The notes: a model not told the origin generated them from the letters alone. Shown: positions 1-14,690, numbered from the stretch's first letter. The stretch is 64,000 nt of DNA from Tubiluchus corallicola (GCA_030141605.1 JAQGDQ010000170.1:248001-312000), one strand, 5' to 3'. Made by a program: numbers and translations.

Positions 1-1791
1 GCATGTGCTCTACTGTTTGCCTGTATAAATAGTAATGCTGCAGATATTCATTTAAACAAAATTCAAAAGATTCTAAACTTTGCACTTTGGGTCATGTTAA
101 ACCGGCGAAAATATGACCACATGTCTGATGTCATTATAAATTTGAAAGATTTATTTGTTAAAAAACAGCTATATTTGCTAATGTTGGCTTGCTCCACAGA
201 ACATTAGTTACTAAACAACCAACTCACATCTATAATCAGCTTTTTCTTGTCATGGTGCAGCTGCTGTGACAATTATTCAATTAGTTAACAGACGCAACGG
301 GGCGTTTACTATTGGGGGAACTGAAAACAGAGTGTCTCATACATAACGTAACAGCAAAAGCACAGTTGGGCATCCTGAATAAAAAGCAAGTTAGAAAAAA
401 GAAAGAATGAAGGACAAAAGGAAGAGAGAAAAGAAGACAACATAAAATACATAAAAATTAATATAGAATGAGAGAAAGGGGAGTGAGAGGTGAGAAACAC
501 GACTTCTATGACTAATCTCTAGTGCGCTGCCGGGAATGTTCCTCAAGGAAACTATTATATCAGAATAAAACTATATGCTTTGTTAGAAAAGATCAAAACC
601 ATTGAAGTTAGCTTGCTTAGAAAAGAACCAGACGTTTTTCCGCCCAGAGCTAACATTTTTCTGAGTTACTAATTGAGCAACTGTACTAGCTTCTGAAGAA
701 AAATGGGTTATACAGAGTTCATTGTTATAACCGAAATGCCATTATAGTCCTATTACTTCAACATTTTTCCACAGCATTTGTTGCAAACTCAACGATCTGT
801 TACTGGTCTATTACTATTATTACTTATGAGTTATGATCTGCTTCTTACTGTATCCTGGTCAGCAGGTTAAAGCCTAATTGGGACTAATACCGAATCAATT
901 AACTTTTTCTTGGTGGCTTTATAAATAGCTGTGTGTTTAACTGTAATAAACATTTAATTATCAGAGTGTTTTACAGATTTTTCTTTCAACTTGCAATATA
1001 ACCATTGAGTTAACTAAACTCAGCTCTGCAATCATATATCTTCGAGCTCAGCTGCAGAACTGTAGAAATAAGTTTTCCCACTTTTCAGTGATTTTAATTT
1101 GTATTCAATATTCTGCCAATCTGTATATTTTACGCATTATGCAACTCCAAATATGATCTAGAAATTCGTTAAATTGTGAAATGTGACACGTTTGATAGTA
1201 AATTACACAAAGCATAACTTAATTACTTATTTTAAAAATACTTCAGTTTACTAATATTGCTTCTGTTTTCTTAATGTCATACACACAGCAAGTACAAGGA
1301 CTTCTTTAAAATTTTGTTAGCATCACTTTTTTCCTGCAGTTTCGGTTATATTGGCTATAACAACAATTTTTCCGTGACCTCACTGTCTCTCCTTTTTTTA
1401 CAAAAGCTTTTTGCATCTCCTATGAATTGAACAAATTCACTAAAATAAAATCACATTTCGCCACGCGACCATTGTTGTTGCAGGTAACATTTTCCACGCA
1501 TGCAGGTGAGTTATTATGCTCGTTAACCATAAAAGGAAGTAGGCTATCCACTTTGCAGAACAATTCTTCGAAAACCTAATCAGCTTTTCTGAAATACGTT
1601 TTTTCTCGTTTATAATAAGCATTTTATGGCATTGAAGGATCTTTGGCAGTCGGTAATCAGCTTTCACTTGTGATATTGCAATCTAAGATTTGTTCCCGTG
1701 GCAGCTCTGCAGGGAGAGACTAAACTACCATTATACGATTTTTTACCCTGCATGCAAAAAATTAGCGTTAATTAATTGTGCATAATTTCTA

Positions 1792-1869
1792 ATAGCGAAC
1801 GCTTCGTTGACCAAATCACCCGACAACTTCATATAATGCGGGTCATTTGGTCAAAGAAATGTTCCCTAT
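1792..1869. repeat. Short imperfect palindrome / mini-MITE
   Basis: ATAGCGAACGCTTCGTTGACCAAATCACCCG ... CGGGTCATTTGGTCAAAGAAATGTTCCCTAT: ~31-bp inverted arms around a short loop. Confidence 0.6.
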
Positions 1870-3831
1870 ATGTATATGTATAATATCCCCCATGCGTTTG
1901 TGGCATATAGCTGACTGCAATTTGGCAGCATGTATTTAACTACTTAGCTATTTCCCAATTAAAAACTTTCAAACCTGTAAACATTTGGAAAAGGTTGTAA
2001 TCCCACTATGCGACTGGCAGTGAATGTTATGAAATTGTTATATTATGCTAACTGAGCTTAAAGTGAAGATGTGAGCCTGTCTGCCCGTTGCTGCATCGTT
2101 AGCGTTGATTTTTGAGTTGAATCTTGGAATTATGAGTGCTTGAATCTCATATGTGCATAATAACTATAGTCTTGCTTAGAATTAAAAACAATATGTTGTG
2201 GGCATCAAATTGGAAGTAGCCGGTACTCTGCGACCCTAGTGACTCTTGAGACGATTGTGACAAGAAATTTTCAAAATTTCCTAGGGCGAAAGGCAAAAAT
2301 TTAATTAAACTCATTAACTAGATGTTGGTTGCTTCTGGCCATGATAAATGCAACTATGATGATAGTGACATCGATGGCTGTCACCATGCTGATATAAAGA
2401 TGCTGACAATAATAATGAAGAGATGTTTTTAGATATGTACCCTCAAATACATTACAGTTGAATTATATAAGACTAACACTAACAGATTAATTATACTATT
2501 CTGTGATAAGAAATTGTTTGCGATACGCTATGATTGAGTTATACACTGAGTTTGTCAGCTCACTCGTCATGCGGAGCTCTAAAAACTAAGATTACTTATT
2601 TGAACCCAGAAGTTAGTAACTTGGGAATTTGCTAAACCAGATAATTATAACAATTGAGAGGCTTTCTACGGCAAACATTTGATTCTTGGTAACCAGGTAC
2701 TTATCATACCACATATTTTGGTAACTTGGTTATTTCTAACCCGGACACTTGTTAACCTAAGCACTAACCTCAGGAATGTCTTTATAACCACAGAAAGCAT
2801 TTATAACTTGTACAGTTAGTGACTGAGAGAAAGTTTTTAACCAGAGTCAATTTTTCTTTAGACAGAATGATAGGTGAGAATTGAACAATTTCGCATTAGA
2901 TTTCTACAATGCAATTACATGCTGGTGACCTCCCTGACTGCCCGTATGTTGTTGGTAAGTTTATACTAATGTTTATATCAGCTGTTACTCAATTTATATT
3001 TTCCAAAGTGTACATTTTTCATTAAGTCCATTATTTGTAGGATATCAAGGCGGTCATTTTGAAATTTGACCATAGTGAATGTTTCACAATAAAAATGCAA
3101 ACTTCAAGGGCTTCCCTGAAAATTGTTTTGCTTTATCCTGCTGCCCCATTTTTGAGTTAAACAGTTTGGACTAATTTACTAGCGTTTGGCACATTTAAAA
3201 CTCTGTTATTATTTTGTATAAATTTCATAATATTACCTAAGTTATTACTTAATCAACTGAAATTACTGAATTTGTTATTACTAATCTTGGTGGCCATTTA
3301 TATAGTCGCGTTTCATTTTGCGATGAGATTACTGAAATTTTTTTAATTAAAACATCCACATACTGTTTCCAATGGAAAGTAATTAATTGCAGGAAACCTA
3401 ACAAAGATTATCAAACTGAGCTAGTTTTTTGGAAATACGTGCGATTCATGCAGTCTAAGCTACTGTTTTACAGAGTTATCATTAAGACCGACAAGACAAC
3501 GCGCAGTATTACGAATGACGCAATACTAGCTTACAAATTTTGCCATAGTATAATGAAAATACACAATAATGGCAGTAAGAATTTAAGATAATAATAACGG
3601 AATGATGTTACCAACCAGATAATAATTAAAAATATCAAAAATAAATATTAGGCAACTTAATTGTTACTTACATAAATAGGTTCAGAATGTCTCTTGTGAA
3701 TTTTCCTCTAGGTGCAAGGTCACTGTCACGTAACTCAAGAGCATCACCAAACAGTAAGAACGGGTACTATGCAACGTGTTCTTCACCTTAGCATGCTTCC
3801 TTATTTATATCCGACTTTTGGCTCCTTCGCA

Positions 3832-4510
3832 ATGACCCGTACAAAAATTGTGTAAAGCTGAATCTTCGCATAGATACCCAAAAAGTCGTACAGAATAACA
3901 TACCCATAATCCCCTGAAATCCATTTATGGGACTTTTAATTAAAAATGGTCGTTAATACAGTTTTAAAGCCAAAACGACGCAACTAGGTAGCATTAAAGA
4001 TCGCATAAAATGTATTACCAGTATAAAAGTGCATATGGTCTATCAGAAAAATAGTGTTTCAAGCACATTCAAGGTCAAAATCACTCAAAGTGGTCACCAA
4101 AACTACATCAAAGTTAAAATTATTCAACTAGAAAACATTTTAGATTAAATAGTCAATTATTTTAGATTGCAAATGTATTATCAACTGATATAAAAATGCG
4201 TATATTTGCTTACTTACTGCTTATTTCGTGCTTCGCATTTGAGTCACTTTGACTTCAAATCGGCACCCTGTAGCAATTTTGAATGATCTTGACCTTGAAT
4301 GATCTTGAAACATTATTTTGCACATAGAACAATATATACTTTTATATCAGCTGGTAATACATTAATGCAGTCTAGGTTTTTTAGTTGATTTAAAGCCCCA
4401 TACCTTTTTCGCTCAAAGTGGATTTCAGGGGATTTTGGATGTGTTATACCAGACGACTTTATGGGTGTTTGTGCAAAAATTCAGCTTTAGGCTATTTTTG
4501 TATGGTTCAT
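3832..4510. mobile_element. Long-arm palindromic MITE (non-autonomous DNA element)
   Basis: Left arm ATGACCCGTACAAAAAT..AAAGCTGAAT..AAAGTCGT..AATCCCCTGAAATCCA..GTATTACCAG..TTCAAGGTCAA is mirrored by TTGACCTTGAA..CTGGTAATAC..TGGATTTCAGGGGATT..ACGACTTT..ATTCAGCTTT..ATTTTTGTATGGTTCAT; no ORF. Confidence 0.75.
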
Positions 4511-4867
4511 ACCTTATTTTAACCGGACTAATACGGGACTATGCCAACGTCCTGTCTTGACTTTTAGTCTGTGACAAGGCGGTACAAAATGGCTAAATTT
4601 AATTCTGTAATTGTAGGCATAAATTTCACGTTACTTTGGAGTTGTTTAAGATTAAATAAGTAACTAATCTTTGTCTGGTTTTCGCAACTAATACATTCTA
4701 GGCTACTTATTGGGCAATAATGATAACAATGATTGAATGATCTAAAATTCGGGGAATTACTTAGCAGGCTATTCATAGGCATACATTTTATTGCTGGTGG
4801 GACAGGAGTAGCTTTCACATTCAACATCAGAATTACAGTAATTTACTGAAAAGTGATATAGAAAAAA

Positions 4868-5114
<247 letters not shown>

Positions 5115-6355
5115 CCGTGGGAAAGAGAGAGTGAGTAAATAGATAGACACAGAGTAATGCCTGTAGCGATCTGTGTTTTCAGATTTCGATTTGTTAGCCT
5201 CGCCGAACTTGATGAGGTACACACATTCCCACAAACTCCCTAGGAACAAGTGTTGGAGAGAGTTAAGTATTTATAACAACCGGTCTGTCAAAATTTGAGT
5301 TTCGCTAGCAAATTTACAAGAATCCAAAGATTTAGTCACGTGGTAAAATTTCAGAAGATTAGATCAATGTACCTTTTTTGAAGAGTAGGCCTTCTTTGTT
5401 ACATGTCACAACTACGTGTTGATAACAATTCCGAAATTGCGAAATGCCATAAAACAATTCCGTCCGGGACAGTACTGATTACCAATTAGGAGAATACCTG
5501 GCGAGAATACAGACTTTACAGATAAAAATGCCGACTGAAAGGTTTCCCATCTTTGCTTATTAGCAGAAGCCCTGCGGAGTGGGCTTTGCGGTCGGGAATT
5601 ATATTGTGTTCGTAAAGCATGTTTTTTTCCGAAATTATAGCTGACGTGACTTACTGTGTTTTTACGCGCGTTTTCCGTTATGTATTTCTTCAACGCTAGA
5701 TATCGTGATCATAGCGCTGTTAGTTGCATATAGTAAAAAACCTATAAGCTACAACGTTATTACTGATATTAAATAATATTAATTTTAGAGGAAGGATGAT
5801 TATATATTCGAATGTGGCCAAGGCACCTCGGCTGGTTCAGTGGCTCGCCTGGCGCAATGTCCTTGATTATGTGTTAGGTCACAAACATCGCATTTAGTAA
5901 GCCTTGTCGAGAAGTGTGTGAAGAAAATTGTGAATTATATTCAGGAGGAGTTACCTCGCAACAGTTTGAAAAAAGCTGTTGAAGGGGTCGAAATGATTAT
6001 TTTCCTTTCAATGCGAAGATGACAAAGGTGCTGTTCGTGATAAGGTTGTTGACTTTACGATTCTCTTACACGAACTCTAAACAACATGCAAGGAAAGAAA
6101 CTACAATGGTGTTGTTCTTTAGCTATTAGATATGAAATTTGTTGATCGATATTTCGATGGCTTTAATATGTAACGAAAATTAACCATTAGCATAATTTTA
6201 AAAAAAGACACTAGAGCTATAATTATGCCCACAAACTTTTTCCACTTGATCAAGGCGGCTCAAAAAACAGCTCTTTGAGAACATTGTGTGCCCATATAAT
6301 TTTTTGCAACTATTTCAGTTTATACTAATCATAATAATGCAGCCCATTTGAGAAT

Positions 6356-6501
6356 TTCAGCTAAGATAAAAATTGGGGTACAAATTATAACAGTAGTGTA
6401 TATTGCATTTACATATTTCTGAATTAAAACTTCAGGTAAGATGAAAGATACGGTACAAATTATAGCAATCGCGTATATTGCATTTACATAGTTTTGAGTT
6501 A
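6356..6501. repeat. Tandem duplication, ~75-bp period, 2 diverged copies
   Basis: TTCAG(C/G)TAAGAT..GGTACAAATTATA..GTATATTGCATTTACATA at 6356 and 6431. Confidence 0.75.
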
Positions 6502-7729
6502 TTTTAGTTGCCATAGATGCAGTGTCAGGGCTGTGAGTTTGCAGGGTACAACTTAGCTACTCACAGTTGGCTGCGCTTGAAAGGCTAAGAGTTAAGGAAT
6601 AGCAGCCGAAACTTAGCTTTCAAGTTCCTCGTGAATACTCCAATAAATACGTCTTTTGTCTTGTCTATTTGTGTTTGCGCGCAAATAAAAATTTGTAAAC
6701 TATGAAGAAGAAATCCAAAACCCACCTAACTACTTTCAGCCAAACATTGTTTTTATTACTGCCCTTTTCTACTACCCCACTCTCTCTTTTCCTTTTAACA
6801 GTCATAACCCCCTTAGGCTTTCTAGCACGAACTGCATGTACTAACAAATGCCATGTTGTCACTTGCTGGTCGGCCGCTATTTGCGATACACGTCACCAGT
6901 TCCACAGACATGTTCTCGCATCTGGCATAACCGTTTTCGTTATCGCTTTTCAACATCAAAATTTAATTTTGGTTTTCAGAAACGAAAACTAACCATTAGA
7001 ATAAATTTCGTCGACTATAGCACGCTGTTTATAGCGGTACAAATCGCCATTATCCACATTGTCGTTGCTTTTTTATTTCGCTAATTTGTTCAAATAACAA
7101 GTTTTATTTATAAACGAAAATGGTTGGTGACTGTTGGTCAATGTTCTCTCACTTTATCAAAACTGCATGTCCATAGAACTGGCCTTCATATAACAATGTT
7201 TTGTGCTGTTCCGAACACTGCAACTAAGACGAGATACTGAACTGAAAGAGACGTATACATACTTTCTTTCAACGAGATAAATGATTGTAGGAACAATTTT
7301 CTTAACAATCACTCATCCATTTACTAACCACCCAAAACGTTGCTTAATTCTGGTAGCTAAGCTCAGTCTTGGTCACGATGCTATGTAAAAAAATTAATAA
7401 CTAATACATCTGACTCTGTCCTCACTGAACAGTTTGTAATATTGGCCCCGAACGTTCGTGCATTATTTTATTGTTGGTGCCATAAAAGTGCGACTAGGCG
7501 AGACAGAAATGTGGCACTTTACTTCACCTTATGGCGGTAGTGTTGTAAATTCCCCTGTTTTCACTTCCAGCTAAGTTTATAGTGAAATTGCAGTCCCACA
7601 CACACAGCATAACAGGATTAGGCCGAAATATGCGTAGGATACTGCGTTATATATCGAAATCCATCCCACTTAGTAACAAATAACGATTTATGTTACCTTA
7701 AACAAGTTTCTGCTTACGTGTGTTTTAAA

Positions 7730-8189
7730 TTAAGTTTATTAGATCATGCATTCTACATAAAATATAATTATTCTATAGTATTGTTTGTTTACTATAGTGT
7801 CCCCTTTCATTTTACAACAATGTAAAACACGATAGTACGCACAGTTACAGTAAACATAAAAGCCACTCTATCGGCAAAGTCATGAGACACCTTAAAAATC
7901 ATTAAAAACAAACATTTTACATATAAATTAAAACAGTCAGTAAACAAACGTTAATACACATTAGTTAAAAATCTTTATTCTTTCCAGCATTAGTTTTGGC
8001 ACATTCTTTTAAACAAATATCACCTGACAGTATCTGACGTAATTTATCATTATCGTTGAACTCACTAAAATTATTGATTTTTGCGCTTGGACACTGAAAC
8101 AACAAAATGCGAATATCATCATAAAAGGGACAATGCAATAAAACATGTTTTTCAGACTCGACTGCTAACTTATCACAAAACTGACGCAA
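7730..8189 (-). mobile_element. 5'-truncated LINE 3' fragment (C-terminal Cys/His motif plus 3' UTR)
   Basis: Minus ORF contains C..VESEKHVLLHCPFYDDIR, the E-x-x-x-H-x-L-L-x-C-P-x-Y motif typical of non-LTR ORF2 C-termini; minus-strand AATAAA near 7735. Confidence 0.7.
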
Positions 8190-9323
8190 TATACGTATAA
8201 ATCATAAGAATCATTTTTCGATTCTTGATAATTGGACAACTATAAAACTCGTTTGTATTAAATTTTTATAATAGTCAAATTATTAATTATAAAGTGCCCG
8301 AATCTGTAAATACGACAGCAGCATAAATACCGCACAGAACTATACTGACACTGTGGCTTTCTTCAAAATTTCTGACGAAAAGTCGATATAACAATAGAAG
8401 AGAAAACTATGGGCATTCATGCGAATCAATTGATAAAAGCTAAGGCGACACCGCTGATAATCATTATTTTACAGAAAATCGATGAATTACCGCCTAGATC
8501 GTGTTAGTTTTGCGAAAAAGAGCTTGTCGCCCTATGCTGTTAACACACATTCCACAAAATTCAACAAGCTATATATATATTGCGTCATTAGTGAAAAGTG
8601 AATGATACGAAATATTAATCAATATACGTAAGGGCGATTAGAGCGACTGAACTTCAAAAGAGTTAAACCTTGATAACCCACGCGAACTTTTTTTAAATTA
8701 GAAGGATATTAATGTCACGGAAACCGAGTTCAGGTATTGGATTGAAGGCTGGCTGCTGTATCTATGGATAATGTAGCTTTTGATGACTATAGCGAAATGA
8801 AAAAATGTTTCTTTTTCTTTCTTCCATGCTGTCTCTCTGTCTTTCAACTTTACATTTTTTCTTGCATTAACATTTTTGTTTCACTCTTATTGTTCTAATT
8901 TTAAGTTAGTAGTCCTAATAGTCACTCGATAGCCTTTTGTTTCTTATAATTTTGAGCTCCTTATTTTCTTGCTTCCATTTTTCTAGTTTCTTTTCTTTCC
9001 TTTTTATCTCCCTTTTTTCGATGTCCCATATCTTACTGACCCCATTCCCGTTTTTTTATCGTTTATCTTTTTTCTCGGTTTACTTCTATTTCCGTTGAGT
9101 TTTTATTTAGTAAGCTGGCATGTATGGGTGGATATAGCAGGAAGCCTGGTTAGCGAGTCGCTAGCAGTAACCCACGATAACTTCTTGCTGCCACCTACTG
9201 TTTGACAACACAGTGATATGTTCTTGACTTGCTAGTTGTTAGCCCATCAAGAACAAGCTATTTGAGCGGTACCAAATTGTCACTAATGCTGCTACAGTTG
9301 TCTGTACATAGACAGGCAGTTGG

Positions 9324-10443
9324 CCAGTTGGTCTGACGGATGGCTAGTGTCTAAGTGCACGGTTAGGAGTGCAGACATTTCAATACAGACATTTCCCCAC
9401 AAGACATTTGGACTCAGAGGACATTTCGACACAAAGACATTTGGACACACAGGACATTTAGACACATAGGACATTTCGACACAAGGACATTTCCACGCAT
9501 AGGACATTTGGACACAAGGACATTTAGACACATAGCGTTGCTGTTTGCACTAGGAGTTTTGGATACATAGAACAATTGAGCACTAGTATTTTTGACATAG
9601 GACATTTAGACACGTTGGTAACTTGAATTCAGTCACTGTTTAGTCACTGTGTGCTAAAGTGCGCTTTCAGGTTTTGTTAATTTTGTTTAGTTTGGTTTAT
9701 TGCTATAAAAACATTCATACGCACAATACTGGATTTACTTTAATAAATGTATATTAAGTAAATGAAGATAAAAGTGAAAATGAATCGTTAATAAATAATA
9801 AAAATTTGACCTAAAAATAGGTTTATGATCGATAAAATACACCATTTTCATAATACAAATAAAACAATTATGACTGGCCGCTAAGTCACCAGCTTTATAA
9901 GACCACATTTACTAAAACAAAATATTCCAATAATAAAAATAAAAAATGTACAATAAATATTATTTGGCATTATAAAAATATTGTACATGTAGTATGATTT
10001 TTATTTTCTTTTTAAAACACGACCGATATTTGATGTCAAATGCCAAGTTATTCCATTAAATAGGATCCTTGTAAACGATGAAATTTTTCATAAGGTCAGA
10101 ATATGGTAATCACTGAGCTGCCTAGTGCTATACATATAAGGCACTGTACTGTTTCTTGTAACAACATCATATAACAAATTTTTGCCTGTATCCAAATTTG
10201 TTCAGCTGTCCTTGTGTTGAAATGTCGTGTGTCGAAATGTCCTTGCGTCGAAATGTCCTACGTGTTCAAATCTCCTTGTGTCGAAATGCCATTGTGTCGA
10301 AATGTCCTATATGTCTAAATGGCCCATGTGTCCAAATGAACCTATGTGCTCAAATATCCTTGTGTCCAAATGTCCTATGTGTCCATATAGCCTAGGTCAA
10401 AATAACTTGTGTCGAAAACGCCTAGCACCGGTCAGCTAACTGG
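9324..10443. mobile_element. Foldback-type DNA element with inverted subterminal 16-17 bp tandem arrays
   Basis: Left array of GGACATTT(C/G/A)GACACA(A/TA) at ~9374-9614; inverted array TGTGTC(G/C/T)AAATGTCC at ~10207-10420; ends CCAGTTGGTCTGACGGATGGCTAG and CTAGCACCGGTCAGCTAACTGG are imperfect inverted copies; very AT-rich spacer. Confidence 0.8.
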
Positions 10444-10674
10444 TTGATCAGATGGTCGGTAGTTGGTTGGTTTTTTATTGGCTCAGTGCTAGATTGTACT
10501 AGTCGATTGTTGGACTTATTAGTCGGATAACTGGTTGTAAGTTAATGGGTTTAGTTGTTGACATTTGTGATCTGGTGCACAGTGTCAGGAGGCAACCTGT
10601 GTTATTGGTAGATGATGTAGATAAATTAAAACACTAATCACTTCTTCACTCGTTTCAATCAATAACCCATTGTA

Positions 10675-13600
10675 ATGGTTAGCCTTAATAGTACTAAGTG
10701 TAATAGAACTTGCAAAGCAAATCAAAACTCAATTCAATGTGATGTGTGTTCCCTCTGGACACATCTAAAGTGTACAATGTTGTCTCATCATGATTTTGTA
10801 AACTTAGCAAGTTCTAATGACAGTTACTTCTGCAAGCAATGCATTAATGATGTGCTTCCTTTGCAGTTCATTGATGATGATGAATTTATGGAAATGGCTA
10901 ATCACTATCAATTTTCTAATTTTGTAAAAAATTTATCTTGCTTTTCATCAATTTTTGACTCTTCTTCGCTAGTCCACTGTAATAGAGATGATACAGACAT
11001 CGACAATTATAGACTTCAGTATGACAGCAAATACATTAATCTTGCAAATCTGAGTAGTGATAAATCCACAGATAAAGCAAACAATGACACATTTATAATA
11101 CACTTTAACACATCAAGTTTGAGGAAATACTATTCAGACATGACTGATACATTAACACGATTTCAAAAAAATGCCTGAGTTGATAACGATCTCGGAAACC
11201 AGAATTCACGAATCTGACCCTTTTTTGTGTAATATACCAGGATATTCTTTCTTACACTATGATTCCAATACAGCTGCTGGTGGCGAAGGTGTGTATGTAA
11301 AATCTAGCCTCAATTTTAAAATTAAACCTGAATACAAAATAAGAACTTGTAAAAGTGTTATTGTTAATGGGATTAGTACAACTAGTAGACTAGCACTTGT
11401 GGCTTGAAATTGCTTCCACCGATAACAAAAAATCTTTTATATCTGGAGTAATATATAGGCATCCAAACACCCCAGTCGAACATTTTCATGACGAATTAGA
11501 ATCAGTTCTTTGCACTATTAACTCCACAGGCAAACCAGCTTATATATGTGGAGACATTAATATAGATTTACATCAACATGATCACAAACCATTTATTAAT
11601 AAGTATCTCAACATGCTTTTCTCAAATCAATTTACACCAATTATCACGCGACCAACTAGAATTACTGCAACGTCACAAACCCTAATTGATCATATTTATA
11701 CTAATAATCTTTCTACACCCATCACATCTGGCATCATTACTAACCCCATTGCGGACCACTTGCCAGTATTTGCCATTATAAGAAATACCAATCTCCTGCA
11801 CAACAACATTAAAAAATCAGTCAGATGTACGAGATCATTCAATCAAGGTAACTTTTTAAGCGAGCTTCAAGTTAATATAAGTAACCTAACACTGAATGAT
11901 GGCGAAGCAGACATACACTCTTACTGCTCACAATTCATGGACTCGTTTAAAACATTACTTGACAAACATGCCCCACTCCAAACGTTATCAAGGAAAAACT
12001 CAAAAACTATAGCTAAACCATGGATCACTCCCGGCATTCTCAATTCTATTAAAATAAGAAGCCGTATGTATACAACACACAAGTTATCCAACTCGCTGTA
12101 TAAGCAAAATTTATATAAAACATATTCTAACAAACTTAATCACATCAAACATGCATCCAAAAAGAAGTATTACTCTCAGATCTTGCTTGCAAACAAAAAT
12201 AACATGAAACAAACTTGGAGCACTATCAATGAACTTCTTAAAATAAAAAAAAAGACAGCTAGTATAATGCCAACTAAAGTTCGTTACCAAGGCACGACTT
12301 CACGTGACCCGCACCATAAACCTAATGCTTTTAACAGTTTTTTTTGCAAACATTGGTATATCACTAGCATCACGCATAACACAACCCGAAAACTGTAAGT
12401 ATACAGACTATTTAATGCATCCCCAAGAAAATTCTTTCTATATCACACCAGTTAGCGAAATCGAGATTTCTCAAGCTATTGATAGACTAGATCCCAATAA
12501 AGCAAAAGGCCCTTATGACATCCCAATTACATATTTCAAAATGTCAAAAAACATAATTTTAACTCCGCTTACAAATCTGTTTAATGCGTCAATTCTGACT
12601 GGGACGTTCACCGACACTCCATATATAAAACTGGCAAAAGTAATCCCCATATATAAAAAAGATGATCCAAATGAGCTGAACAACTACCGACCCATCTCAC
12701 TCATATCACCCATTGCCAAAATTTTCGAGTCAATCTTATATAAACCCCTGATGACATATTCAATCAAAAATGATACAATATCGTGTTTTCAATTCGGTTT
12801 CCGCAAAAATCATTCCACAATATTAGCAACTGCTGAAATCATAGACAATCTTCTGACAAACCTAGACAATAAATTACTTACCTGCGGCATCTTTCTTGAT
12901 TTAACAAAAGCTTTTGACACCGTTCAACACGACATTTTACTCAACAAAATGGACTATTATGGTATCCGTGGAATCACGCAAAAACTATTCCAGTCATATC
13001 TTACGAACAGACACCAATTTACGGTAGTTGACAATTTTGCCTCTGACCTATGCCCAATACAATGTGGTGTACCTCAAGGATCCACCTTGGGTCCACTATT
13101 TTTCATGACATATATAAATGACCTCCCTCTTTGTACTAACATGCAAACACAACTTTTTGCTGATGACACTAACCTCTTCTTAGCAGACAACGACACGCAT
13201 AATCTTGAGCTTAGAAGTAATGAAGAACTGATCAAAATTAACACATGGATGCGTACAAATAAGTTAACAGTAAAGTATAATAAAACAAAATTTATGATCA
13301 TAAGAAACAAATTTGAAAACAATGAAAACTCCATTATAACAGTATCCATGCAAGACTGTTTATTGGAACAAGTATCAGACATAAAATATCTGGGCGTCTA
13401 CATAGACGACACCCTTAATTGGTCAACACACGTAAAAAATATTACCTACAAAGTAAGTAAAAGTTACAGGTATATTTTTTAAATTGAGGCATTACTTGAG
13501 CACGGATATACTAAAAATGATTTACTTTGCCATTGTGTACCCACACATTAACTATTGTATCTTATCATGGGGCACAGCAAAAAATCTGTTCTGAAACCAC

Positions 13601-13914
13601 TTACAGCAGCACATAACAAAATTATCAAAACAATGACTTTTGCTGGGTTCCGAGATCATGCTACCCCTTCCTATTATGCTTTGCAATTATTAAAAATTAA
13701 TGAAATTCATAAGCTTGAGTTAGCGAAATTCATGTTCAACTATAAAAAGGGGGCAATTATTTCAAAAAGATTAGAGACGTTCACCAGTATTCTACGAGAG
13801 CAGCTACCAAACAAAACTATTTTCAGGAAAGATTTAGCACAACAAAAGGTCTACAGACTTTAAAACATAATGGTACTATTCTATGGAATACTCTTTCAGA
13901 TGATCTTAAGCAAT
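10675..13914 (+). pseudogene. Frameshifted LINE ORF (PHD finger + endonuclease + reverse transcriptase)
   Basis: One reading frame split into ORFs 10675-11178, 11171-11407, 11397-12398, 12304-13482 and 13555-13863; several breaks fall at homopolymer runs. Confidence 0.85.
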
Positions 13915-14580
13915 GAACTAGTATCTGTCACTTGAGTAAGTTATATAAATTTCAACTCTTGCAAACTTATTACCGAGATTAACTACATATAAGCGTACAG
14001 TATTTTGCAACAACTTTTATTCCTTTTACCCACTATAATAAATTGTCTAACTGCGTGCAAGAGCAGTTACTGTTATAGCAGGTTCAATTAACTTCAATAT
14101 TTAATTGTTTATTGTCTAACTTCTGTAGATCATTTTCAAAGTCTGGACTCCAATTGTCAATCTCCTCATGCAGTCATACAGGTAATTTTTTGTGCTTTAA
14201 CTATCTGCCTATTTATTTTACCTCAGATCATCAAAATTCGCTTTGTATTTTTTTACATTATTATGACATATTATGACTCCATTATACATTCGCTTGCTTA
14301 TGTCTAAGAATTATGCTTGTGTTATAAAGTAAATTTCAGTTGCCATTGTTATTATGTTTCTGTTGTCAGATTTTTATTTCAGTTTTTGTTTCAGTTCTTA
14401 TTTCAGTTATTTTCAGTTTGATTTTTTTATTATGCACTTATTATTACTGTGTATGAATTGTACTAACACGTTATAAGCATATCAATTTAATGTCATTCGC
14501 AACAATTTAGTTTTTATTATAAGCAGTACTAACACTAATACACTGTAGTATAGAGCCTATAAAAATGTTCATCACTAACC

Positions 14581-14625
14581 AAAGGGCAGCTGACTAGATG
14601 ACCAATTGGTCTTTCGCTGCCCTTT
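14581..14625 (+). other. LINE 3' UTR stem-loop
   Basis: Perfect 10-bp stem AAAGGGCAGC/GCTGCCCTTT enclosing the palindrome GACCAATTGGTC, ~60 nt before AATAAA and the tail. Confidence 0.75.
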
Positions 14626-14690
14626 CTTCACATTTTTGTTACCAAATTAATTGTATTATAACTGTGCGTGTGTTACAAGATAAATAAACG

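Noticed and set aside
6329-6514. Small membrane-protein ORF with an internal repeat
   Set aside because: Explained by the 75-bp tandem duplication in AT-rich DNA; no splice or homology support
7196-7270. THAP-domain-like start (MFCAVPN..)
   Set aside because: Too short and interrupted; no downstream THAP C/H motifs or transposase seen
9374-10420. CRISPR-like array, or Cys-rich metallothionein-like ORFs (9292-9605, 10198-10439)
   Set aside because: Units are contiguous with no unique spacers, the context is eukaryotic with no cas genes, and the ORFs are translations of the tandem repeat on both strands
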